From Gemmatimonadales bacterium (GTDB lineage Bacteria > Gemmatimonadota > Gemmatimonadetes > Gemmatimonadales > GWC2-71-9), in assembly GCA_038321865.1 (NCBI GenBank), contig JBBQFH010000037.1, forward strand, positions 1 through 22,004: a DNA stretch of 22,004 bases, given 5' to 3'. The notes under the pieces are model-generated. The model was not told where the DNA came from. It did not search any database and saw nothing but the letters and a program-made list of their open reading frames with translations. Position numbers and translations under genes: made by a program. Below are positions 1 to 8,284 of the stretch, piece after piece; position 1 is the stretch's first letter; the number at the start of each line of letters is the position of its first letter.

Positions 1-1
1 G

Positions 2-1129
2 CTCGCCGCGCGCTACGACCCTGCCGGTTACCTGCTCTACGTCTCGGCGAGGGGTGAGCTGTACGCGCAGCGGTTCGATCAGGACCGTGTCGAGCTGCGC
101 GGGGCGCCCGTGCTCCTCTGGTCGGGGCTGAGCGTGGCCACGTTCGGCGCTACTGACGTCGCGATCTCGCCGAGCGGCGCCATGCTGTATACCGCCGGCG
201 AGCTCGGCGCCGGCGCCCGCCGGCAAGTCGTCTGGGTCAGCCGCGACGGTACCGTGTCGCCGGTGGACAGCCCCGCGGTCGCCGGGCTGGTGAACGCGGT
301 GGCGCTTTCGCATGACGGCACGCGAATCGCCCTCGACATACCCGGGGCGACGCGGGTCGACGGATCGGATATCTGGGTGAAACAGCTCGGCGGTGGGCCG
401 CTTTCGCAGGTTAGCCGCGGCGGGCAGAACTGGAGTCCTTCATGGTCAGCGGACGATCGCAGCCTGCTGTTCATGTCTGACCGCGACAGCGCGGTCGCGC
501 TGTACCGCCAGCGAGCAGATGGCAGCAATGCCGCCGTCCGCGAGGTGGCCGGCCTCGACGTCAATGCGGAATACGCAACGGCGAGTGATGGGCGGACAGC
601 CGTCTTCCGGCTGAATCGCGGCCCGGGGGGTGGCGACCTCTTTTCGCTCCACCCCGGAACCGACACGGCGTTCACTCCGCTGTTCCCTGGCCCCGCGCTC
701 GAGCGGTCCCCGACACTCTCTCCGGATGGCCACTGGCTCGCCTACACCTCCGACGAGAGCAGCAGCGGCGACGTCTACGTGCGTCCATTTCCCACGGTGG
801 ACTCGGCGCGCATCCAGGTGTCGACGGCGGGCGGCGGCCGGCCGCGATGGAATCACGCCGGAACGGAGCTGTTCTTCCGAAGCGCTTCCAACGATTTGAT
901 GTCCGCGCGTCGGCTGCCCGGCCCGGGAATGCGCTTCGACCGGCCAGTCGTGCTGTTCAACCTGCGCCGCGTCTTTCAGTTCACCACCAGGTCCTGGTAC
1001 GACATCGCGCCGGACGACAAGCGCTTCGTCATGATCGAGGCCGGCGTGGGCAGCGAGGCGCGCCGGACCGACCGGCTGGTGTTCGTGGACGATATCCGGC
1101 CCGAGCTCGCGCGGCGGATGGCGCGGTGA
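2..1129 (+). CDS. TolB/PD40-like beta-propeller C-terminal region, probably of a Ser/Thr protein kinase; 5'-truncated by window edge
   Basis: Frame is open from base 2 (LAARYDPAGYLLYV...) to TGA at 1129. PD40-type repeats (SPSWSADDR, PTLSPDGHWLAYTSDES, YDIAPDDKRF) parallel the C-terminal half of the next gene. The kinase domain is inferred and lies outside the window. Confidence 0.85.
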   Translation, partial: LAARYDPAGYLLYVSARGELYAQRFDQDRVELRGAPVLLWSGLSVATFGATDVAISPSGAMLYTAGELGAGARRQVVWVSRDGTVSPVDSPAVAGLVNAVALSHDGTRIALDIPGATRVDGSDIWVKQLGGGPLSQVSRGGQNWSPSWSADDRSLLFMSDRDSAVALYRQRADGSNAAVREVAGLDVNAEYATASDGRTAVFRLNRGPGGGDLFSLHPGTDTAFTPLFPGPALERSPTLSPDGHWLAYTSDESSSGDVYVRPFPTVDSARIQVSTAGGGRPRWNHAGTELFFRSASNDLMSARRLPGPGMRFDRPVVLFNLRRVFQFTTRSWYDIAPDDKRFVMIEAGVGSEARRTDRLVFVDDIRPELARRMAR

Positions 1130-1195
1130 AGTGGCGGAAGGATCCAGCTGCAGCACCCCTCCACCCGGGAGTGGCATGATGCGCACGGGCCGTCG

Positions 1196-3832
1196 TTGAC
1201 CCAAGGTGTCGATCGACTCAGCACCGCGCTGGCCGACCGCTACCGCATCGAGCGCGAGCTCGGCCGCGGCGGGATGGCGACCGTGTACCTCGCCGATGAT
1301 CTCAAGCACAAGCGCCGCGTCGCGGTGAAGGTGCTCAAGCCCGAGCTGGCCGCGGTGCTTGGCGCGGAGCGGTTCGTGCAGGAGATCACGACCACGGCGG
1401 CGCTGCAGCATCCGCACATCCTGCCGCTGTTCGACTCGGGAGAAGCCGGCGGCTTCCTCTACTACGTCATGCCGTTCATCGATGGCGAGACGCTCCGGTC
1501 CAAGCTCGATCGCGAGACCCAGCTCGGCATCGATGAAGCCGTACGGATCACGACCAGCGTCGCCGATGCGCTCGACTACGCGCATCGCCACGGCGTCATC
1601 CACCGCGACATCAAGCCGGAGAACATCCTGCTGCACGACGGCCGCCCGATGGTGGCGGATTTCGGCATCGCGCTCGCACTGAGCGCCGCCGCCGGCGGAC
1701 GGATGACCGAGACCGGTCTCTCCCTCGGCACGCCGCACTACATGAGCCCGGAGCAGGCCACCGCCGAGAAGGAGATTACCGCGCGGTCGGATGTGTACTC
1801 GCTGGGCAGCGTGCTCTACGAGATGCTCACCGGCAATCCGCCCCACGTCGGGGCATCGGCCCAGCAGATCATCATGAAGATCGTGACCGAGGACGCGGCA
1901 CCGGTCACCCAGCTCCGGAAGAGCGTCCCGCCCAATGTCGCCGGGGCCGTGGCGAAGTCATTGGAGAAACTGCCGGCCGACCGGTTCGAGAGTGCCCGGG
2001 CGTTCGGGGCGGCGCTGGAGAACCCCGCCTTCAGGGTCTCGGGCTCGGGGCCGGCGGCCGGCAGTGGCGGGGCATCGGGCCACCTCCCGGGCAGGCTCAA
2101 TCCGGTGCTCGCCGCGGGGGCGGTCGCCGCGCTGGCGCTGGCGGCCTGGGCCTGGTTGCGCACCCGTCCCGACCACGCGATGACGGACTCGTGGCAGGTG
2201 GAGTTGGCCGTTCCCGACTCCGCACGCATCGTCGGTCCGCCGTCCCTGTCGGCGGACGGCCGGATGGTGGTGTATTCGGCCAGCGACGGCGCGCTCTGGC
2301 TCCTTCGAAGCGACGGTGCGCCGCCGCAGCCGATTCCGGGGACCAGGGGTGCCTCCTCGGCGTCGCTCTCCCCCGACGGCACTCGCATCGCGTTCCTCCG
2401 TGCGGGTGCGCTCGAGATGATGCCGGTGGCGGGAGGGACGGCGACGCGGGTGACCGACACCACCGACCTCGAGGTGCCTCCAGCCTGGATCGGGAACGAG
2501 AGCCTGGTGCTGGCCCAGCTGGCGGGGCTGGTGCAGTTCTCGGTCGGGGGAGGGAAGCGCGTCCAGCTCACCACGGTGTATCCGGACACGGCTCAGTTCT
2601 GGCACGTCTTTCCGGTGGCGCTTCCGGGCAACCGGGGCGTGCTCTTCGTCGAGGCGCGCGGCGACTTCCAGAACACCTCCGAGTGGCGGATTGCGGTCGT
2701 GGGGCCGGACGGCGGAGCGCCGAAGGTGATCCTGCCGGGCGTGCGTGCCGCCTACGCCGAGCCGGGGCACCTGATCGTCACCCGGGCCAACGGCACCATC
2801 GTCGCCGTGCCGTTCGACCTGCGCTCGCTCCGGGTGACCGGCGCCGAGCGTCCCCTCGTCACGGGGATCCAGACGGTTGCGATTTCGAACAACGGCAGCA
2901 TTTCCGTGTCGCGGACCGGTCGCCTGCTGTACCTCACGGGAGAGGACTGGTCCGCGACCGACCTGGTGCGCGTCCGGCGCGACGGGAGCGCTGTCGCCGT
3001 CGACACGACACGATCCGGGAACTTTTCGGCCGTCGCCGCGTCGCCCGACGCGCGTTGGGCCGCGCTGACCATCGTGGGAGCAGGCCCGGACGAACTCCGG
3101 TTGAGGAACCTGGGCACCGGAGCCACCGTCCGGGTGGCGGAGCCTGGGCTCTTCCTCAGAAATCCCGTGTTCACCTCGAACGGCGACACGGTGATCTTCG
3201 CCGGCCTGAGCTTGCGGAAGATGGGAATATTCCGCGCCGGTGTCGGCGGCACCGCCCTCGAACCGGTACTGACCCTCCGCTCCGGGGCATACGCCGCGCC
3301 CGTCGCGGTCTCCCGTGGCGGGCTCCTCTACTACCTCGCCTATCGGGGAACGAGCAGCAGTCTGCTGGTGCACGACCTGCGCGCGCCTGACTCGCCCGAC
3401 CGGGTTGTGCTCCCGGCAGAGGCTGACGTCGTGGGCGCATCCGTCTCGCCGGACGGCCGCTGGCTCGCCTACGCGTCACGAGCGTCGGGTCACCCGGAGC
3501 TGCTCGTCCGCTCGACCGACCCGTCCCGCGCCGAGCGCTGGCAGATTCCCCGGCCGAGCGCCGCGGTCACCGGGCCCCCAACGGCGGCGAGCTGGTCGCG
3601 AGACGGCCGGGAACTCGTTTACCGCTCGGGCGATGTGCTGGTGTCGGCTCGCATCGTCGCCGGGGCGTCGTTCGCCATCGCCGACCAGCGCGTGCTGCTG
3701 AACGTGAAGGACTACGCGCCGTCGTTTGACCTGCTGCCGGACGGCGACTTTCTGATGATCAGGAACCGGACCACCTCGAGCGGGGCTTCCCGGCTGATGA
3801 TGATGGACCGGTGGGACAGCGGGCTTCGCTGA
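1196..3832 (+). CDS. Hanks-type Ser/Thr protein kinase with TM helix and TolB/PD40 beta-propeller
   Basis: Kinase motifs LGRGGMATVY, VAVKVL, HRDIKPEN, DFG, GTPHYMSPEQ, DVYSLG; hydrophobic segment VLAAGAVAALALAAWAW; SPDG-type repeats. TTG start is approximate. Confidence 0.95.
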   Translation: MTQGVDRLSTALADRYRIERELGRGGMATVYLADDLKHKRRVAVKVLKPELAAVLGAERFVQEITTTAALQHPHILPLFDSGEAGGFLYYVMPFIDGETLRSKLDRETQLGIDEAVRITTSVADALDYAHRHGVIHRDIKPENILLHDGRPMVADFGIALALSAAAGGRMTETGLSLGTPHYMSPEQATAEKEITARSDVYSLGSVLYEMLTGNPPHVGASAQQIIMKIVTEDAAPVTQLRKSVPPNVAGAVAKSLEKLPADRFESARAFGAALENPAFRVSGSGPAAGSGGASGHLPGRLNPVLAAGAVAALALAAWAWLRTRPDHAMTDSWQVELAVPDSARIVGPPSLSADGRMVVYSASDGALWLLRSDGAPPQPIPGTRGASSASLSPDGTRIAFLRAGALEMMPVAGGTATRVTDTTDLEVPPAWIGNESLVLAQLAGLVQFSVGGGKRVQLTTVYPDTAQFWHVFPVALPGNRGVLFVEARGDFQNTSEWRIAVVGPDGGAPKVILPGVRAAYAEPGHLIVTRANGTIVAVPFDLRSLRVTGAERPLVTGIQTVAISNNGSISVSRTGRLLYLTGEDWSATDLVRVRRDGSAVAVDTTRSGNFSAVAASPDARWAALTIVGAGPDELRLRNLGTGATVRVAEPGLFLRNPVFTSNGDTVIFAGLSLRKMGIFRAGVGGTALEPVLTLRSGAYAAPVAVSRGGLLYYLAYRGTSSSLLVHDLRAPDSPDRVVLPAEADVVGASVSPDGRWLAYASRASGHPELLVRSTDPSRAERWQIPRPSAAVTGPPTAASWSRDGRELVYRSGDVLVSARIVAGASFAIADQRVLLNVKDYAPSFDLLPDGDFLMIRNRTTSSGASRLMMMDRWDSGLR

Positions 3833-3842
3833 GCGCGTCCGC

Positions 3843-4406
3843 CTACCCCTCCCCGTGGATCTCCGCGAACATCGCCGCCAGCTCGATCTCGAGCGACGGC
3901 CTCCCCTCCACCGGCTGCCACACCAGCCGCTCCGCCAGGATCTCCGGCCGCGCATCGTCGGGCCGCCAGCGCTCGATGAGCCGCGCATCGAGGTCCACGA
4001 TCCAGTACTCCGGTACCCGTGCCCGCTGATAGCGGAGCCGCTTGAGCGTCCGGTCGTAGCGGGCGGTGGACGGCGACGTGACCTCGACCCCGAGCAGCAG
4101 CGTCGAGATGTCGCTCCAGTCGCGCGGCAGGCGGCCCGACGCCGTCCGGCAGGCGAAGAGATCGGGTTGCAGCAGTTCATCTTCGCCGAGCGAGACGTCC
4201 GCGGGGGAGTGCAGCACGTACGCGCCGACCCCGGCCGCGAACGGACGCAGCCGGGCCTCGAGCTCCGAAATCGCGCTTTGATGCATGGCTCGCGGCGACG
4301 GCGTCACGACCAGCTCACCGCTGACCAGCTCGTAGCGGTTCGCGTCGTCCGGCAGGGCGCGGACCCGGTCGGCGGTCCAGCGGTCAGCGGTGTGTGGCAT
4401 ACCCAT
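3843..4406 (-). CDS. Uma2 family (PD-(D/E)XK-like) endonuclease, copy 1
   Basis: RYELVSGELVVTPSP..H, QPDL, VEVTSPST..YDR..K...Y, VPEYWIVD. Start at ATG 4406 or the second ATG at 4400. Confidence 0.93.
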   Translation of the reverse strand: MGMPHTADRWTADRVRALPDDANRYELVSGELVVTPSPRAMHQSAISELEARLRPFAAGVGAYVLHSPADVSLGEDELLQPDLFACRTASGRLPRDWSDISTLLLGVEVTSPSTARYDRTLKRLRYQRARVPEYWIVDLDARLIERWRPDDARPEILAERLVWQPVEGRPSLEIELAAMFAEIHGEG

Positions 4407-4407
4407 A

Positions 4408-4436
4408 ATGCTCGGCTCGGCGCGGGGGATTGGCAA
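4408..4436 (-). promoter_or_regulatory. Putative sigma70-like promoter of Uma2 copy 1 (TTGCCA-17 nt-GAGCAT), possibly leaderless
   Basis: Same spacing is conserved at 5046-5074 and 6723-6751. No SD motif before the ATG. The -10 box is non-canonical, so this is inference. Confidence 0.35.
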
Positions 4437-4535
4437 GCGGGCATGCCGGAGGATGCAGGCGATGGGTCGCCTCCCGGGTACCGGCTTTACGCGGGGCGGG
4501 ACTTCGCGGCGCGGTGCAGCGAGGGAGTCGGCGAG

Positions 4536-4585
4536 CGAGTCGGCGGCTGAAGCCGCCGCTCGGCATGGGGCCCTGAAGGGCCGTC
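4536..4585. repeat. 50 bp REP-like double-hairpin element
   Basis: CGAGTCGGCGGCTGAAGCCGCCGCTCGGCATGGGGCCCTGAAGGGCCGTC; related copies at ~6863-6910, 7474-7523 and, inverted, 7551-7600. Confidence 0.85.
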
Positions 4586-4594
4586 GGTGTTATG

Positions 4595-5044
4595 TCAGAG
4601 GCAGCGGAACAGCTGGGCCGGCTGGCCGCGGCGGACGGTGTAGGGGCCGAGCATGGTGCCGCCGTCGGTGAGCGTGACCGTGTAGGTCAGCCGGTCGCCT
4701 TGCACGTTGCCCGCATACTCGGCGGGATGGGTGTCCGGGATCTCTCCATCCCGTACCGGCCCGCCGTGTTCCTGCACGTGCACACCGACTGCGTGGAGCG
4801 CGCCGGCGGCCGAGAGGGTGATCGGCGCGTCGATCCGTCCGTGCGCGCAGTCGTACTGAATGCTGCCGGTACCCAGCGAGTCGAAGGTGACCTCGGCGTG
4901 CACGCCACCCCAGGTGCCGGCGAGGTCGGACGGCCCGAGCGCGGTGCGACACGCGGCGAGCAGCAGCGTTGCGCCCAGCAACGCGCCCAGCAACGCGCGG
5001 ACGCGCCCAGCGGTCCAGCGATCAGCGGTACTTGGCATACCCAT
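4595..5044 (-). CDS. Hypothetical lipoprotein (149 aa)
   Basis: h-region and lipobox LLGALLGATLLLAAC, followed by a beta-rich domain (GTWGG, YDCAHGRID, EHGGP, C-terminal FRCL). The first 18 aa match the Uma2 N-termini. Confidence 0.8.
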   Translation of the reverse strand: MGMPSTADRWTAGRVRALLGALLGATLLLAACRTALGPSDLAGTWGGVHAEVTFDSLGTGSIQYDCAHGRIDAPITLSAAGALHAVGVHVQEHGGPVRDGEIPDTHPAEYAGNVQGDRLTYTVTLTDGGTMLGPYTVRRGQPAQLFRCL

Positions 5045-5074
5045 AATGTTCGGCTCGGCGCAAGGGAAAGGCAA

Positions 5075-5144
5075 CTCACCGCCTTGCATTTCGGGCGGTG
5101 AGCCAGGCACGTCATTGCGAGGCGGCCTCAGCCGCCGAGGCAAT
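5075..5144. repeat. Hairpins in the divergent intergenic region, including a degenerate half-copy of the GTCATTGCGAGG repeat
   Basis: CTCACCGCC...GGCGGTGAG stem (5075-5102); GTCATTGCGAGGCGGCCTCAGCCGCCGAGGCAAT (5111-5144) resembles the 6968-7002 arm. Confidence 0.6.
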
Positions 5145-5254
5145 AGGGTCGGACATGGCGCAGCTCCGGACTTGTCCGCATGGGCCCCGCTCCCTCCTCG
5201 CCAAGCCTCCGATGTCGCGATAACTTGGATGTCCTCACCCCCTCCGGGAGACCC

Positions 5255-6133
5255 ATGCCTGACACCCCACCGACCGTCCTGATCACCGGTGCCAGCCGCG
5301 GCATCGGCTTCGCGACGGCACTCGCCTTTGCCCGCGCCGGCTGCCCGGTGGCCGCCACGATGCGCGACCCCGCTCGCGCGCCGGAGCTGGCCCGTGTCGC
5401 GGCCGCCGAGAAGCTGCCGATCCGGGTGTCGGCCATCGATGTCGACGACGATGCGTCCGTCACGGACGGCATCGCGCGCATCGTGCGCGAGACGGGACGG
5501 ATCGACGTGCTGGTGAACAACGCCGGCATCGAGCGCAGCGGCTCGGTCGAGGAGCTCCCGCTGGCCGACTTCCGGGCGGTCATGGAGACGAACTATTTCG
5601 GCGCCGTCCGGTGCATTCACGCGGTGCTGCCCGCGATGCGTGAGCGCAGGGGCGGCTGCATCATCAACGTGTCGTCGGTGGCCGGCCGGATCTCGGTGGC
5701 CCCGCTCGGGCCGTACTGCGCCTCGAAGTTCGCGCTCGAAGCGATCTCCGAAGCGCTCGCCCAGGAGGTGAAGCGGTTCAACGTCCGCGTGGCGATCGTC
5801 GAGCCCGGGATCATCGACACCGGTATGGCGCACGAGATCGCCACCGCCCATGCGGCAGCACTGTATCCGCATCAGCGCCGGAACGCCGCGCTGTTCGCGG
5901 CGGTGCTGACGCAGCCGGTGCCGCCGTCGGTCGTGGCTGACCGGATCGTCGAGATCGCCCTCGGCGACAGCGAGCAGCTCCGGCACACCGTCGGGCCCGA
6001 CGCCGAGCCGTTTCTCGCGTGGCGCGCCGGCATGACCGATGAACAGTGGGTGGAGCACGGTGCGCTGAGCGATGACGCCTGGTACGACAGCGTCAAGGCC
6101 GACTTCGGGATCGATCTCCGGGTGACGGCGTAG
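5255..6133 (+). CDS. Short-chain dehydrogenase/reductase (classical SDR)
   Basis: TGASRGIG, DVLVNNAG, NVSS, YCASK, VEPG; GGGAG RBS 4 nt before ATG 5255. Confidence 0.95.
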   Translation: MPDTPPTVLITGASRGIGFATALAFARAGCPVAATMRDPARAPELARVAAAEKLPIRVSAIDVDDDASVTDGIARIVRETGRIDVLVNNAGIERSGSVEELPLADFRAVMETNYFGAVRCIHAVLPAMRERRGGCIINVSSVAGRISVAPLGPYCASKFALEAISEALAQEVKRFNVRVAIVEPGIIDTGMAHEIATAHAAALYPHQRRNAALFAAVLTQPVPPSVVADRIVEIALGDSEQLRHTVGPDAEPFLAWRAGMTDEQWVEHGALSDDAWYDSVKADFGIDLRVTA

Positions 6134-6157
6134 CAGCCGTCGCCGCGCGGGCTGATG

Positions 6158-6721
6158 TCACTCGCCGTGTATCTCCGCGAACATCGCCCCCAGCTCGATC
6201 TCGAGCCCCGGCTCTCCCTCCACCGGCTGCCACATCAGCCGCCCTCCCAGGATCTCCGGCCGCTCGTCATTGGGCCGCCAGCGTTCGACCACCCGCGCGT
6301 CGAGGTCCACGATCCAGTACTCCGGCACCCGCGCCCGCTGGTAGCGGAGCCGCTTGAGGGTCCGGTCGTAGCGGGCAGTCGCGGGAGACAACACTTCCAC
6401 GGCTATGAGCAGTGACGTGATATCGGCCCAAGAGCGCGGGCGTCTGTCTCTGGATGAACGAAAGGCGAAGAGGTCGGGCTGCAGAATCTCACTCTCGCCC
6501 AGGCTGAGGTCGGCGGGAGACGCCATGGACTCGCCGATTCCGGTCTCGCGCAGCCAGGGACGAATCCGGTCGTTCAACGCCATGACCGCCGCCTGGTGGA
6601 TATACGTCGGCGCCGGCGTCACGACGAGCTGGCCGCTGACCAGCTCGTAGCGGTTCTCGTCGTCGGGCAACGCGCGGACGCGCTCAGCGGTCCAGCGATC
6701 AGCGGTATGTGGCATACCCAT
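6158..6721 (-). CDS. Uma2 family endonuclease, copy 2
   Basis: Same motifs as copy 1 (QPDL, VEVLSPAT, YDRTLKRLRYQRARVPEYWIVD). The ORF-track extension to 7108 runs through repeats and is not credible. Confidence 0.93.
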   Translation of the reverse strand: MGMPHTADRWTAERVRALPDDENRYELVSGQLVVTPAPTYIHQAAVMALNDRIRPWLRETGIGESMASPADLSLGESEILQPDLFAFRSSRDRRPRSWADITSLLIAVEVLSPATARYDRTLKRLRYQRARVPEYWIVDLDARVVERWRPNDERPEILGGRLMWQPVEGEPGLEIELGAMFAEIHGE

Positions 6722-6834
6722 AATGCTCGGCTCGGCGCGGGGGAAAGGCAAGCGGGCATGGCGGAGGATGCATGCGGGGGGTCGTCTCCCGGGTACCGGC
6801 TTCACGCGGGCCAGAACTTCGCGGCGCGGTGAAG

Positions 6835-6910
6835 CGAGCGAGTCGGCCAGCGAGTCGGCGAGCGAGTCGGTCGGCGTCTGAAGCCGCCACTCGGCATCGG
6901 GCCTGAAGGT
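6835..6910. repeat. AGCGAGTCGG microrepeats plus a degenerate REP-like element
   Basis: Three AGCGAGTCGG units followed by GGCGTCTGAAGCCGCCACTCGGCATCGGGCCTGAAGG; homologous to 4519-4580. Confidence 0.75.
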
Positions 6911-6970
6911 GCCCCGCAATCGTCCCTGAAGGTGCCCCGCGATCGTCCCTGAAGGTGCCCCGCGATCGTC
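6902..6970. repeat. Tandem repeat, 3 x 23 bp
   Basis: CCTGAAGGTGCCCCGC(A/G)ATCGTC at 6902, 6925 and 6948. Confidence 0.95.
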
Positions 6971-7084
6971 ATTGCGAGGAGCGAAGCGACGAAGCAATCG
7001 GGCCGGGGATGCGGCACTGGGCTCATGCCCGGGCCAGACGCATGAGCAACCCGATTGCTTCGTCGCTTCGCTCCTCGCAATGAC
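6968..7084. repeat. Long stem-loop element with perfect 35 bp inverted arms (REP/MITE-like)
   Basis: GTCATTGCGAGGAGCGAAGCGACGAAGCAATCGGG (6968-7002) and its exact reverse complement (7050-7084); inner hairpin GCTCATGC/GCATGAGC. Confidence 0.93.
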
Positions 7085-7148
7085 CTCCCTGGGCTTCGCT
7101 CCTCGCAACGACCTCCCTGGGCTTCGCTCCTCGCAACGACCTCCCTGG
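7065..7148. repeat. Tandem repeat, 3 x 28 bp
   Basis: GCTTCGCTCCTCGCAA(T/C)GACCTCCCTGG at 7065, 7093 and 7121. Confidence 0.95.
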
Positions 7149-7162
7149 CACCCTTCTCCCCC

Positions 7163-8284
7163 TCACCGAAACCCCCCAAACCCATCCCCCTCCGGCCAGC
7201 TCGTCACCCCGGCGAGCGCCTGCCACATCCCGCGGTCGATCGCGGCGCCGAAGCCGTCGTCGCCTTCGCTGTTGAAGAGTGCCACCCAGGCGAGGCCGTT
7301 CCAGGCCCGGACCAGCAGTGTCGCGGTGCCGGGGAGGCGGCCGTCGTGCCACCAGTTGGCGTCGCCGTGGGTGGGGCGGACGGCCCAGCCGAGTCCGTAC
7401 CAGACTACCGGGTCGCGCGAGGCGGCGGTGTCGCGGGCGAGCATGCGGGCGATGGTGGCCGGTTGAAGGCGAGCGAGTCGGCGGCTGCAGCCGCCGCTCG
7501 GCAAGGGGCCCTGAAGGGCCGTCACTGCTCAGGGCGCCGCTGAACGCTCGGACGGCGCTTTAGCGCCCCACGCCGAGTGGCGGCTTTAGCCGCCGACTCG
7601 TGCACGCCGATTCACGCCCGCCGAGCCGTTGTATCTGACCGATCGCTCGCCGGTGACGCGCTCGATGACGTGGCTGAGGATGGCGTAGCCGAAGTTGGAG
7701 TAGGCGCTCCGGGTGCCGGGATCGAAGTCGAGCGGCACGCCTTTCATGTAGCGGATGATGGTGCCGGCGGTGGCCGGCATCGGCGCGCCGACGGCGCGGG
7801 CGGCGCTGTCGGGCCGGAACATCGGATCGAAGCTCGCGTCCCGGTCCCATCCGCCCGCGTGCTCCAGCAGCAGGCGGATGGTGATGCGGTTCCAGCGGGG
7901 GTCGAGGACAGCGCCGCGTGCGGCGGGGAGATCGTCGAGGAAGGGGAGGACGGGCTGGTCGAGCGAGAGCCGGCCGGCCTCGACCAGCGTCATCACCGCG
8001 GCCGACGTGATCGGCTTGCTGACGCTGGCGATCCGGAAGAGCGCGTCGGGGGCAGCCGGGATCCGGTGCTCGGCCTCGGCCCAGCCGAACCCGCGGGCGT
8101 AGACCAGCCGGCCGTTCTTCATGACGGCGACGGCGCCGCCCGGCACGTGGTATCGCGCCATGAGCGCGGCGACGGTGTCGTCGTAGCTCCTCATGCCGGT
8201 CACGGCTTTGCCGGTGATCGGTGGGGCTTGCGCTCGGGCGACGGTGGTAAGGAGGGCGAGGAGCAGAAGGGCGCGGGGTGTCAT
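7163..8284 (-). pseudogene. Serine hydrolase (beta-lactamase/class C-like family), disrupted
   Basis: The 5' piece (8284-~7645) has a signal peptide, FRIASVSK (SxxK), LLEHAGG and YSNFGY. The 3' piece (~7468-7163) has YGLGW and WWHDGRLPGT. Between them lies a REP doublet with in-frame stops at 7586-7588 and 7529-7531, and the usual central segment appears to be missing. Confidence 0.8.
7474..7600. repeat. REPIN-like doublet: two inverted 50 bp REP-like elements 27 bp apart
   Basis: 7474-7523 and the reverse complement of 7551-7600 align over 50 nt. Confidence 0.88.

Noticed and set aside
446..3390. Long ORFs 446-1846, 1958-3373 and 2191-3390
   Set aside because: Antisense or shifted frames of the kinase genes, with no motifs of their own.
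5045..6058. 487 aa ORF as one protein
   Set aside because: The 5' part is antisense to the SDR gene; only 4595-5044 looks coding.
6722..7108. N-terminal extension of Uma2 copy 2 (VIARSEATKQS...)
   Set aside because: Translation of palindromic and tandem repeat DNA; absent from copy 1.
6902..7148. Possible CRISPR array
   Set aside because: Units are head-to-tail with no unique spacers, only three copies each, and there are no cas genes.
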